Source of the DNA: Patescibacteria group bacterium
Lineage (GTDB): Bacteria > Patescibacteriota > Patescibacteriia > UBA2591 > UBA6264
Direction: 5' to 3'
Assembly: GCA_028713575.1 (NCBI GenBank)
Contig: JAQTOB010000002.1
Location: 1-32,000, forward strand
Length of the DNA stretch: 32,000 nucleotides
Shown: one piece after another, positions 7,143 to 14,208 of the stretch
Position numbering within the stretch: the stretch's first letter is position 1
Layout of the letters: each line of letters begins with the position of its first letter
Notes under the pieces: model-generated
Databases searched by the model: none
Told to the model about the DNA's origin: nothing
What the model saw: the letters and a program-made list of their open reading frames with translations, nothing else
Made by a program: the position numbers and the translations under genes

Positions 7143-8289
7143 ACTCATTATTCAAATCGTTACCTGGAATAGTGAAAAATTTTTAAAGGACTGTTTGGAT
7201 TCAATTTTTTACCAGACTTTTAAAAATTTTTCTTTACTCATAATTGATAACGGCTCAACTGATAGGACTTTGGATATCGTCAAAAATTATTCTCAGGAGA
7301 AAATTAAAGAAAAATTTGGTCGGAATAATAAGTTATTTGTTTTTTATAATAATAAGAACATAGGTTACAGTCGGGCTCATAATCAGGGCTTTCATCTTCA
7401 GAAATCGGAATTTGTTTTAATTTTAAATCCAGACGTTATTCTTGAACCTGATTTTTTGAATCAGATAATAAAAGTGGCGAGTAAAGAAAAAAGAACCGGC
7501 AGTTTTGGCGGCAAGCTTTTAAAAATTAAGAGCGGGGATTGTGAGTGCGAAGAAAAAATTAAAACAGATATTCTTGATAGCACAGGTATGAGATTGTTTA
7601 AGAATTATCACTTTATTGAACGCGGACAAGGAGAAAAGGACCAAGGTCAATATGACAAACAGACAAATGTTTTTGGCATTACCGGCGCTTGTGTTTTATA
7701 CCGCCGCGTCGCCTTAGAAGACGTTAAAATTTTTAAAATAAATATTGCCCGTCTTCGTTCTCATCAGGTTCGGGCTACGGCGGGCGCTCAATTTTCTAAT
7801 CAAATCAAAAATTTAGAGGGAATTGGCGAATATTTTGACGAAGATTTTTTTGCCTATCAGGAAGATGTGGACTTGGCTTGGCGTTTGCAGATAGCCGGCT
7901 GGTTGTCCCTTTACGTGCCGAAGGCCAGAGCTTATCATTACCGAGGAACGGGACTAAAAGAAAGGCCGAATTTAAGAGAAATCATTAAAGGCCATCTTAG
8001 CCGTCCGGCACAAGTAGAGTTTTTTTCCTATCGCAACCATTTATGGCTGCTTTTAAAAAATCTTCAGACAAGGAATTTTTTTTCCGGTTTTTTCTGGATT
8101 TTTCTTTATCAACTGGGGAAAGAAACTTATTTGTTTTTTACCAAGCCAAAGGTTTTGTTTAAGGGAGGAATTAGTTTTTTTCTTGGATGTGGAAAAATGT
8201 TAAAAAAGAGAAGAATGATTATGAAACAGGCTAGGGTTTTGCCTAAAGAAATCAAGGCCTGGATACAAAAATCACATTTTTATCATTAA
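7126..8289 (+). CDS. Family 2 glycosyltransferase with a ~33-aa internal insertion and a C-terminal membrane-associated tail
   Basis: IQIVTWN, IIDNGSTDRT, IGYSRAHNQG, LILNPDV, GACVLYRRVALEDV...FDEDFFAYQEDVDLAWRL. Overlaps the upstream gene by 17 nt. Confidence 0.9.
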   Translation: MKTRLKLIIQIVTWNSEKFLKDCLDSIFYQTFKNFSLLIIDNGSTDRTLDIVKNYSQEKIKEKFGRNNKLFVFYNNKNIGYSRAHNQGFHLQKSEFVLILNPDVILEPDFLNQIIKVASKEKRTGSFGGKLLKIKSGDCECEEKIKTDILDSTGMRLFKNYHFIERGQGEKDQGQYDKQTNVFGITGACVLYRRVALEDVKIFKINIARLRSHQVRATAGAQFSNQIKNLEGIGEYFDEDFFAYQEDVDLAWRLQIAGWLSLYVPKARAYHYRGTGLKERPNLREIIKGHLSRPAQVEFFSYRNHLWLLLKNLQTRNFFSGFFWIFLYQLGKETYLFFTKPKVLFKGGISFFLGCGKMLKKRRMIMKQARVLPKEIKAWIQKSHFYH

Positions 8290-8290
8290 T

Positions 8291-9100
8291 ATGGAATTAT
8301 CAATCATTATCCTTAATTACAATCATAAAAATCTTTTAAAAAATTGCTTAAAAAGTTTGCAAGAAGCGAGTATTAAATCGTCTTATGAATTGATTATTAC
8401 AGATAATGGCTCAAATGATCAGAGTCAGGAATTTTTATCCCAATTAAAAAAGGGGAATTCTGAAATCAAAGTTATTTTTAATTCTAAAAACTTGGGTTAT
8501 AGTCGGGCGAATAATCAGGCCATTAAATTGGCACAAGGGAAATATATTTTAATTTTAAATCCTGATATTATTGTTTTCCCTCAATCAATTGATAAATTGA
8601 AAGAATTTTTACAAGAAAATTCCCAGGTCGGCGTAGTGGGTCCGCAGCTGCTCAATCCGGATAAAAGCATTCAGTATTCTTGTTGCCGTTTTCCTAATTT
8701 ATTGACACCTTTATTGCGAAGAACCTTTTTAGGCTGCCGGCCTTGGTTTAAAAAGGAATTAGGCCATTATTTAATGTTTGATTTTGACCATCAACAAACC
8801 CGAGAAGTTGATTGGCTCATCGGCGCTTCTTTAATGATAAAAAAGGAGGTTTTTGAGAAAGTTGGTTTATTTGACGAGCGCTATTTTGCTTATTTTGAAG
8901 ACGTGGATTTTTGTCGCCGGGTCCGGGAAGCCGGCTTTAAAGTTATTTATTTCCCTCAAACGCAGATGATTCACTTTCATCAACGGCTTTCAGCCGATGG
9001 CTCGTTTATCCATTCCTTGTTTTCTAAAGCGACGTGGATTCACATTAAAAGCGCCTTAAAGTATTTTTGGAAGTGGCGAAAAAATAAAAAAGTGTTATAA
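8291..9100 (+). CDS. Family 2 glycosyltransferase
   Basis: LSIIILNYN, ITDNGSNDQS, LGYSRANNQA, LILNPDI, GASLMIKKEVFEKVGLFDERYFAYFEDVDFCRRV. Confidence 0.9.
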   Translation: MELSIIILNYNHKNLLKNCLKSLQEASIKSSYELIITDNGSNDQSQEFLSQLKKGNSEIKVIFNSKNLGYSRANNQAIKLAQGKYILILNPDIIVFPQSIDKLKEFLQENSQVGVVGPQLLNPDKSIQYSCCRFPNLLTPLLRRTFLGCRPWFKKELGHYLMFDFDHQQTREVDWLIGASLMIKKEVFEKVGLFDERYFAYFEDVDFCRRVREAGFKVIYFPQTQMIHFHQRLSADGSFIHSLFSKATWIHIKSALKYFWKWRKNKKVL

Positions 9101-9116
9101 TTATTTTGATAAATAT

Positions 9117-9190
9117 TCGGGGGTCGTCTAATGGCAGGACATCAGGTTTTGGTCCTGAGAATTGGGGTTCGAGTCCCTGCCCCCGAGCCA
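9117..9190 (+). tRNA. tRNA-Gln (anticodon UUG), CCA encoded
   Basis: Hand-folded cloverleaf. Acceptor TCGGGGG/CCCCCGA. D stem GTCT/GGAC with an AATGGCA loop. Anticodon stem TCAGG/CCTGA with loop TT-TTG-GT. T arm TGGGG-TTCGAGT-CCCTG. Discriminator G plus CCA. 74 nt. Confidence 0.85.
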
Positions 9191-9233
9191 TAAACCAGAA
9201 CGAAGTTCGGTTTAGAATATATTAGAATATATA

Positions 9234-9697
9234 TAAAAAAATACACAGGGGAAAAAAATACACAGGTTCAACCTGTGTATTTCTAACCTATGCATTTCTG
9301 ATTTTAAAAGGTATGATATAATTAAAATATGGGTTGGATATAAAAAAATACACAGGTTGAACCTGTGTATTTTTAATTTATGCATCTCTAATTTTTGACT
9401 TTTTGACCAGGGGACTGTCCCCAAAAGACGTCCTTCTACAATCCCCATTTTTGACCAGGGGACTGTCCCCAAAAGACGTCCTTCTACAATCCCCATTAGT
9501 GCTGGATTTTGGAACGATTTTTAAAAAATAGTCGAATATCGACTACTCTATATGAAATGAAAAAAGGCGTCAGGAACCTTTTAATGAGTAATCTTTTATA
9601 ATATAATTAAAATATGGGTTGGATATAAAAAAATACACAGGTTGAACCTGTGTATTTTTAATTTTTTAAAAATAGTCGAATATCGACTACTCTATAT
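9234..9697. repeat. Mosaic field of nested direct and inverted repeats downstream of tRNA-Gln
   Basis: Three copies of the hairpin ATACACAGGTT-S-AACCTGTGTAT flanked by A- and T-runs, centred near 9268, 9358 and 9643. A ~63-bp direct repeat at 9316-9378 and 9600-9662. A ~37-bp repeat carrying TAGTCGA-ata-TCGACTA at 9517-9553 and 9661-9697. A half-arm duplication AAAAAAATACACAGG near 9234-9262. Confidence 0.85.
9400..9495. repeat. 48-bp perfect tandem repeat, 2 copies
   Basis: TTTTTGACCAGGGGACTGTCCCCAAAAGACGTCCTTCTACAATCCCCA occurs twice head to tail (9400-9447, 9448-9495). Each unit contains the palindrome GGGGAC-t-GTCCCC. Confidence 0.9.
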
Positions 9698-9794
9698 TTA
9701 AGAAAGAAGTTGTTTATTATTTTGTTTGCCGCCTTTTTTATTTTTTCTGAGGTGGTATAATAAAACTGGATTAATAATTATTAATATTAATATT

Positions 9795-10415
9795 ATGAAA
9801 ATAAAATTAATGACAAAAAATATTATTATTTTAGTGGTTATTTTGGCAGTAATTTTTCTTTTAATGATGTTTAAAACGAAGGAGGATAGAAAAGAATTTG
9901 ACTTGAATGAAATAGCCAGTTTTGAAGAATGCGTGAATGCCGGTTATCCAATAATGGAATCATATCCTCGGCAATGTATAACGTCGGATGGTCAGATTTA
10001 TGTTGAAGAACTGCCCGTTTCCGGAGATTTTATTGTCGGTGGCGATGCGGATGAGCATGGCTGTATTGGTTCAGCCGGTTATTCTTGGTGTGAACCGAAA
10101 AATAAATGTCTGAGGATTTGGGAAGAAGCGTGTTATGAAAGCGCAGGACAAGAGATTCAATATATTTTAGCTGGAAAATATGACCGCCCGGTCAATGAAG
10201 TAAGAATAAATATTTTAAAAGAAAAAGATGATTTTGTCAGCGGTAGTATTTTATTCGGTCAAGGCGGACCAGGAGAAGGGGGAATGTTTTTAGCGAAAAA
10301 AATAAATAATATTTGGCAACTTTTGTATGATGGCAACGGCAGTGTGGATTGTGAAAATTTAAGAACAGAACATGAATTTCCCGAAGAGATATTAAGACCG
10401 AATTTTTGCGATTAA
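9795..10415 (+). CDS. Hypothetical membrane-anchored or secreted Cys-containing protein
   Basis: ATG at 9795 (MKIKLMTKNIIILVVILAVIFLLMMF) gives a signal-anchor followed by a soluble domain with 8 Cys. The ORF track extends to a TTG at 9726, which looks less likely. No family recognised. Confidence 0.65.
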   Translation: MKIKLMTKNIIILVVILAVIFLLMMFKTKEDRKEFDLNEIASFEECVNAGYPIMESYPRQCITSDGQIYVEELPVSGDFIVGGDADEHGCIGSAGYSWCEPKNKCLRIWEEACYESAGQEIQYILAGKYDRPVNEVRINILKEKDDFVSGSILFGQGGPGEGGMFLAKKINNIWQLLYDGNGSVDCENLRTEHEFPEEILRPNFCD

Positions 10416-10436
10416 TTATAATTAAGAATATTATTT

Positions 10437-10895
10437 ATGAGTTATCTTGAAAATAGTTTAATAGATGACGAGCAATTAATTTATCGCGCCAGGTTACATT
10501 GGATAATTTTTCTTTTGCCTGCTGTATTTTCTTTGATTGTTTTTATGCTTTTTATTACCGATGACATTTCTAACAATGAAACATCTTTACTTTTTGCAGT
10601 TATTGTTTTGTGGCTATATTCTTTTATTTATTTTAAGACCTCGGAATTCGGGATAACAAACAAAAGAGTACTGTTTAAAACGGGTTTTATTAGGAGAAAT
10701 TCTTTAGAATTTTTTTTAACTCAAGTGGAAGCAATTGAAATCAATCAAGGAATTTTTGGCCGTTTGTTAAATTATGGCGCAGTTATTGTCAAAGGAAGCG
10801 GTGGCAGTGCTAATTCTTTTTTTAGAATTGACAATCCTTTAGAATTTAGAAAAAAGACTCAAGAACAAATTATTTTGTCTCAAGAGAAAAAATAA
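10437..10895 (+). CDS. Membrane protein with bacterial PH domain (bPH_2 / YdbS-YdbT-like)
   Basis: Two N-terminal TM helices followed by ITNKRVLFKTGFIRRNSLEFFLTQVEAIEINQGIFGRLLNYGAVIVKGSGG, the typical bPH_2 signature. Confidence 0.75.
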   Translation: MSYLENSLIDDEQLIYRARLHWIIFLLPAVFSLIVFMLFITDDISNNETSLLFAVIVLWLYSFIYFKTSEFGITNKRVLFKTGFIRRNSLEFFLTQVEAIEINQGIFGRLLNYGAVIVKGSGGSANSFFRIDNPLEFRKKTQEQIILSQEKK

Positions 10896-10905
10896 AAAAG
10901 ATTTT

Positions 10906-10935
10906 AAAAGTTTGGGAACTTAGTTCCCAAGCTTT
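10906..10935 (+). terminator. Second copy of palindromic element F1 acting as a terminator hairpin
   Basis: AAAAGTTTGGGAAC-tta-GTTCCCAAGCTTT, 11 nt after the stop of the bPH gene. Near-identical to 3321-3353, with one A-to-G change that gives a G-U pair. Confidence 0.7.
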
Positions 10936-10974
10936 GTTATTATCAAACAAGTAAAATTTTAGTATAATAAAGAC

Positions 10975-12111
10975 ATGACCAAAGAAAAAATAAAAAGTAT
11001 TATTTATGCTATTTCTGTTTTATCTGGAACAATTATCGGCGTGGCCTTGTTTTCGCTTCCATATTTAACTTTGCAAGTCGGCTGGTTAACCATGCTTTTG
11101 TATTTTATTATTCTCGGCGGTTTGATAGTTTTATTGCACGTTTTATTTGGCGAATTAGTGTTGCAAACTCCGGACCAAAAAAGATTTCCCGGCATTGCCG
11201 AATATTATTGGGGAAAGAGGGGAAAATATTTAACATTAACCACTCATTTAATTTGTTTGGTTTGTACGATTCTCGCCTATATCCTTGTGGGTGGCGGATT
11301 TTTATATGAGTTATTATCAATTATAATTCCTAATATTTCCTTACCCTTGGCTATTTTGATTTTTTGGGCCTTGGGCGCTTTAATTATATTTTTGGGATCG
11401 TCTGCCCTTAATAAAATTCAGCTTGTTGGCATAATCAGCTTTATTTTTGTTATGTTGGGCTTGGCCTGGCTGGGAAGAGCAGAGATCTCAATGGCTAATG
11501 TTTTTGCTCGTAACGGAGATAATATAAATTGGTTTATGCCCTATGGCATTTTAATTTTTGCTTTATGGGGGATGACTTTAATTCCCCAGATAGAAGACAT
11601 TTTAGGGAAAAACAAGCAGTATATGACCCGTGTTGTTATAGCTTCAATAATCCTGCCTATTATTGTTTATATTCTTTTTACGGCCCTTGTCTTAGGTATC
11701 AGCGGAACAGGAACCGAACCTTTAGCTTTAACCAGTTTAAGTAATCAATTGGGAAAAGGCGCTTATTCTTTAATTTTGTTTTTCGGGCTAATTACCACCT
11801 TCACTTCTTTTATCGCCATTGGCTTGATTATGGCGCAAGTTTTTGAATTTGACCTTAAGATTAGAAAAATAAAATCTTGGACAATGACCGTTTCTTTGCC
11901 TCTATTGCTTTATTTTGCCGGTATTAAGAATTTTTTAGAATTGATTATTTTTCTTGGCGCTGTTTTACTGGCGATTGACGGAATAAACATGCTTTTAATG
12001 TATCGCCATGGTTTGCCGCAAGCCAAGCTTTGGAAACGTTTTGCAAGCCTTATTCTAATTATTATGCTTATGGGCGGGATTGTTTATGAAATTGCCTCTT
12101 TAATAAACTGA
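10975..12111 (+). CDS. Amino-acid permease, HAAAP/Trp-Tyr-permease-like (11 TM)
   Basis: 378 aa, polytopic. The N-terminal SGTIIGVALFSLPY motif resembles the GTTIGAGMLAMP motif of TyrP/Mtr-type carriers. TATAAT at 10963-10968 lies only 6 nt before the ATG. Confidence 0.6.
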   Translation: MTKEKIKSIIYAISVLSGTIIGVALFSLPYLTLQVGWLTMLLYFIILGGLIVLLHVLFGELVLQTPDQKRFPGIAEYYWGKRGKYLTLTTHLICLVCTILAYILVGGGFLYELLSIIIPNISLPLAILIFWALGALIIFLGSSALNKIQLVGIISFIFVMLGLAWLGRAEISMANVFARNGDNINWFMPYGILIFALWGMTLIPQIEDILGKNKQYMTRVVIASIILPIIVYILFTALVLGISGTGTEPLALTSLSNQLGKGAYSLILFFGLITTFTSFIAIGLIMAQVFEFDLKIRKIKSWTMTVSLPLLLYFAGIKNFLELIIFLGAVLLAIDGINMLLMYRHGLPQAKLWKRFASLILIIMLMGGIVYEIASLIN

Positions 12112-12118
12112 ACAAATA

Positions 12119-12147
12119 TTGACAAAACATAATTTTTTTGTTATAAT
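12119..12147 (+). promoter_or_regulatory. Perfect consensus sigma70 promoter (TTGACA-17-TATAAT)
   Basis: TTGACA at 12119-12124, 17-nt spacer, TATAAT at 12142-12147. Followed by a ~45-nt leader and the SD AAAGGAGG ahead of the 12198 ATG. Confidence 0.65.
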
Positions 12148-12197
12148 CTAAATATTAAAGATTAGAAATTCATTAAAAATTAAAAAAGGAGGACACT

Positions 12198-12410
12198 ATG
12201 ATTATTGTCCTTAAAAAAATGAATATTGCCATTTCGATGAAAAGGTGGGAGGCAATATTCTGGGGGACTATAGGGTTCGCCGTTGGAGGATTTCTCTCAG
12301 CGTTCTTTATCTTCCCCGTCCCTGTATTAGAGATTATTGTGAAAATCACTTTGATTTTTGCAATAATAGGAGGCGTTGTAATTTTCTATAGAACTCGCCA
12401 CTCTAGTTAA
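12198..12410 (+). CDS. Small two-TM membrane protein (70 aa), hypothetical
   Basis: Strong SD (AAAAAAGGAGGACACTATG), consensus promoter, two hydrophobic helices (AIFWGTIGFAVGGFLSAFFIF and ITLIFAIIGGVVIFY), and a terminator hairpin directly downstream. Confidence 0.65.
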   Translation: MIIVLKKMNIAISMKRWEAIFWGTIGFAVGGFLSAFFIFPVPVLEIIVKITLIFAIIGGVVIFYRTRHSS

Positions 12411-12427
12411 GGCCACAATGAAATTTT

Positions 12428-12459
12428 AAATAGGGCCCCCAAATAGGACCCTATTTTTT
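12428..12459 (+). terminator. Intrinsic terminator
   Basis: AAATAGGGCC-cccaaata-GGaCCCTATTT followed by TTTTT, 18 nt after the stop of the 70-aa ORF. Confidence 0.65.
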
Positions 12460-12470
12460 GAAACAAAGTT

Positions 12471-12496
12471 AAAGCCCTGTTTGATAACAGGGCTTT
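12471..12496. other. Perfect 11-bp hairpin AAAGCCCTGTT-tgat-AACAGGGCTTT
   Basis: Perfect inverted repeat with a 4-nt loop. The flanking AAA/TTT would allow bidirectional termination, or it may be part of the adjacent structured RNA. Confidence 0.5.
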
Positions 12497-12506
12497 GTAG
12501 ATAGAT

Positions 12507-12590
12507 ACGCCGAGTGTTCAGGAAGAGAGCGGCAATAATACTCTTCCTGATTTATTGGCCGGGAGGAAACGGCCCAAAGACACCCGGCGT
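12507..12590 (+). ncRNA. Candidate structured RNA: GC-rich three-way junction, unknown family (strand not established)
   Basis: P1 is ACGCCGAGTG (12507-12516) with CACCCGGCGT (12581-12590), one A-C mismatch. P2 is TCAGGAAGAG (12518-12527) with CTCTTCCTGA (12541-12550), perfect, with a 13-nt loop. P3 is GGCCG (12557-12561) with CGGCC (12570-12574), loop GGAGGAAA. Non-coding, and much more GC-rich than its surroundings. Confidence 0.4.
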
Positions 12591-12726
12591 TTAATTTTGG
12601 GAGACATTTATTAGGGATAAGAACTAATAAATGCCCCCTTCTATTTTATATAAACTCCTTTATATTTAAAAATTAAACTTAAATTAAAATTATTATAACA
12701 CATTTTTTTAAAAAAGCAAGACCTTG

Positions 12727-12755
12727 TTGAAAAATAAATAAAAATACTATATAAT
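12727..12755 (+). promoter_or_regulatory. Sigma70-like promoter upstream of cdd (TTGAAA-17-TATAAT)
   Basis: TTGAAA at 12727-12732, 17-nt spacer, TATAAT at 12750-12755, 19 nt upstream of the cdd ATG. Confidence 0.45.
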
Positions 12756-12774
12756 ATGATAATAGAATTTTAAA

Positions 12775-13233
12775 ATGAAAAACATAAAATTTAAAGATTT
12801 AAAAAGAAAATATCAACTGCTTTTAAATGAGGCAGAAAAGGCCGCCTCTAAGGCGTACGCGCCATATAGCCGTTTTCAAGTAGGTGCTGCTTTGCTTACG
12901 CAAAAAGGGCTGATAATCGGCGGGGCGAATGTGGAAAATGCGAGCTATGGTCTATGTATTTGCGCCGAGAGGGCGGCTTTAATTAACGCCAATACTCAAG
13001 GAGAGCGTCGTTTTAAAGCGTTGGCGATGATTGCTCGGGGCGGAGCGGATGGTAAAAAAATAATTAGCCCCTGTGGCGCTTGTCGTCAAATGTTGTTTGA
13101 ATTTTCCGAGAATTCTGGAATTGACCTTGAAATACTGATGTCAAATTTTAATAAAAGTAAAATCGTTATTGCCAAAATCTCCGAGTTATTGCCCTTGGCT
13201 TACGGACCAAATGATTTAGGTATTAAGATTTGA
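12775..13233 (+). CDS. cdd: Cytidine deaminase
   Basis: Zinc-ligand motifs CAERAAL and PCGACRQ in the right spacing. The N-terminal AYAPYSRFQVGAAL is typical of homotetrameric Cdd. 152 aa. Confidence 0.9.
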   Translation: MKNIKFKDLKRKYQLLLNEAEKAASKAYAPYSRFQVGAALLTQKGLIIGGANVENASYGLCICAERAALINANTQGERRFKALAMIARGGADGKKIISPCGACRQMLFEFSENSGIDLEILMSNFNKSKIVIAKISELLPLAYGPNDLGIKI

Positions 13234-13238
13234 TTTCC

Positions 13239-14042
13239 ATGATTGATACGCATGCGCATTTAAATTTTGAAGATTTTAAAGACGATTACCAAGAGGTCAT
13301 TAAAGATAATTTTAAAAATGGTTTAATGGCGCTTATTAATGTCGGCTCAAACTTGGAGACCAGTCAGAAGGCGATAAAGATTACTAAAGAATTTACAGGT
13401 TGTTATGCCGCCTTAGGTTTGCACCCCATTCACGTTGAGGACGAAGAATTTAATGAAGAAAAATACAAGGAATTGATTGAAAAGAATAAGGAAAAAGTCA
13501 AAGCCATTGGGGAAACTGGTCTTGATTTTTATCATTCACAAAACAACAAGGAAAAACAAAGATCCTTATTTTTGAAACATATTTCCCTAGCTAACTTGTC
13601 TGATTTGCCGATTATTATTCATTCCCGAGGAAGCAAAGGAAATCCAAGAGATGCTTATTTGGAGTTATTAGAAATTATTAAAGGGCTGCCAACCTCACGC
13701 TCAAGTGCGGTTAGGGGAGTGATTCATTGTTTTTCCGCCAATAGGGAGATTGTCCAGGAATTTTTAAAACTTGGTTTTTACGTGGGCTTTGACGGGCCTA
13801 TTACTTTTAAAAATGCCGACCCATTGGTCTTGGAAGCGGTAAAAGAAACACCCCTAAACAAGATTTTACTAGAAACCGATTCTCCCTACTTGACTCCGGA
13901 ACCATACCGTGGTCAGAGAAATCAACCGGTTTATATTCGCTTCGTTGCTCAAAAAATTGCGGAATTGAAAAATATTTCCCTTGAAGAAGTAATCAGCCAA
14001 ACAACTAAAAATGCGCAGAAATTGTTTGACATAAAATTATGA
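13239..14042 (+). CDS. tatD: TatD-family metal-dependent hydrolase/DNase
   Basis: MIDTHAHL, GETGLDFY, IIHSR, VIHCFS and LLETDSPYL motifs in canonical order. An alternative TTG start at 13230 would overlap the cdd stop. Confidence 0.9.
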   Translation: MIDTHAHLNFEDFKDDYQEVIKDNFKNGLMALINVGSNLETSQKAIKITKEFTGCYAALGLHPIHVEDEEFNEEKYKELIEKNKEKVKAIGETGLDFYHSQNNKEKQRSLFLKHISLANLSDLPIIIHSRGSKGNPRDAYLELLEIIKGLPTSRSSAVRGVIHCFSANREIVQEFLKLGFYVGFDGPITFKNADPLVLEAVKETPLNKILLETDSPYLTPEPYRGQRNQPVYIRFVAQKIAELKNISLEEVISQTTKNAQKLFDIKL

Positions 14043-14197
14043 TCTGCGGACTTGTCTTCGGCTCGTTGACATTTGTTTCCTTGATTTTACATCATGGGAC
14101 ACATCTTTCCGGCTGGTTTTACGTCGGCAACATGGGGACATGTTTAATCTTCGCCCTTAATCAGAACGAGGCTTTTTCAACGGACGATGATTGTTAA
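14039..14197 (+). CDS. Unlisted small ORF (52 aa), putative small membrane protein translationally coupled to tatD
   Basis: Its ATG overlaps the tatD stop as ATGA (14039-14042). Translation: MICGLVFGSLTFVSLILHHGTHLSGWFYVGNMGTCLIFALNQNEAFSTDDDC, stop TAA at 14195-14197. Followed by a hairpin at 14209-14237. Below the ORF-track size cut-off. Confidence 0.4.
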   Translation: MICGLVFGSLTFVSLILHHGTHLSGWFYVGNMGTCLIFALNQNEAFSTDDDC

Positions 14198-14208
14198 ATT
14201 ATTTATTA

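Noticed and set aside
9400-9495. Diversity-generating retroelement template/variable repeat pair
   Set aside because: The two 48-bp copies are identical with no adenine-specific differences. They lie outside any credible CDS, and no reverse transcriptase is present in the window.
9212-9496. 94-aa minus-strand ORF with a duplicated 16-aa peptide (MGIVEGRLLGTVPWSK x2)
   Set aside because: The ORF is read straight through the 48-bp tandem repeat and two terminator-like hairpins. It has no SD or promoter and a nonsensical Cys/Phe-rich tail. It is best explained as an artefact of non-coding repeats.
9234-9697. Possible CRISPR array (repeated palindromic ~23-nt hairpins)
   Set aside because: There are only three hairpin copies, with irregular spacing of about 90 and 285 bp. 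The sequences between them are themselves repeats of each other, and no cas genes are present.
9117-10935. Genomic island integrated at tRNA-Gln, carrying the Cys-rich protein and the bPH protein
   Set aside because: No integrase or recombinase gene is present. I could find no direct repeat of the tRNA 3' end anywhere downstream in the window. Only the repeat field itself is suspicious.
12507-12590. Assignment of the three-way junction to hammerhead ribozyme, SRP RNA, RNase P RNA or a tRNA-like element
   Set aside because: The hammerhead core CUGANGA...GAAA is absent (the junctions read AUUUAUU and CAAAGA). The SRP helix-8 motif GGAAGCAGCC is only loosely resembled by GGAAACGGCC, and the 5' AGG side is missing. 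The GAGGAAA/CCCGGC similarity to RNase P P4 is too closely spaced and the region too short. There is no T-loop.
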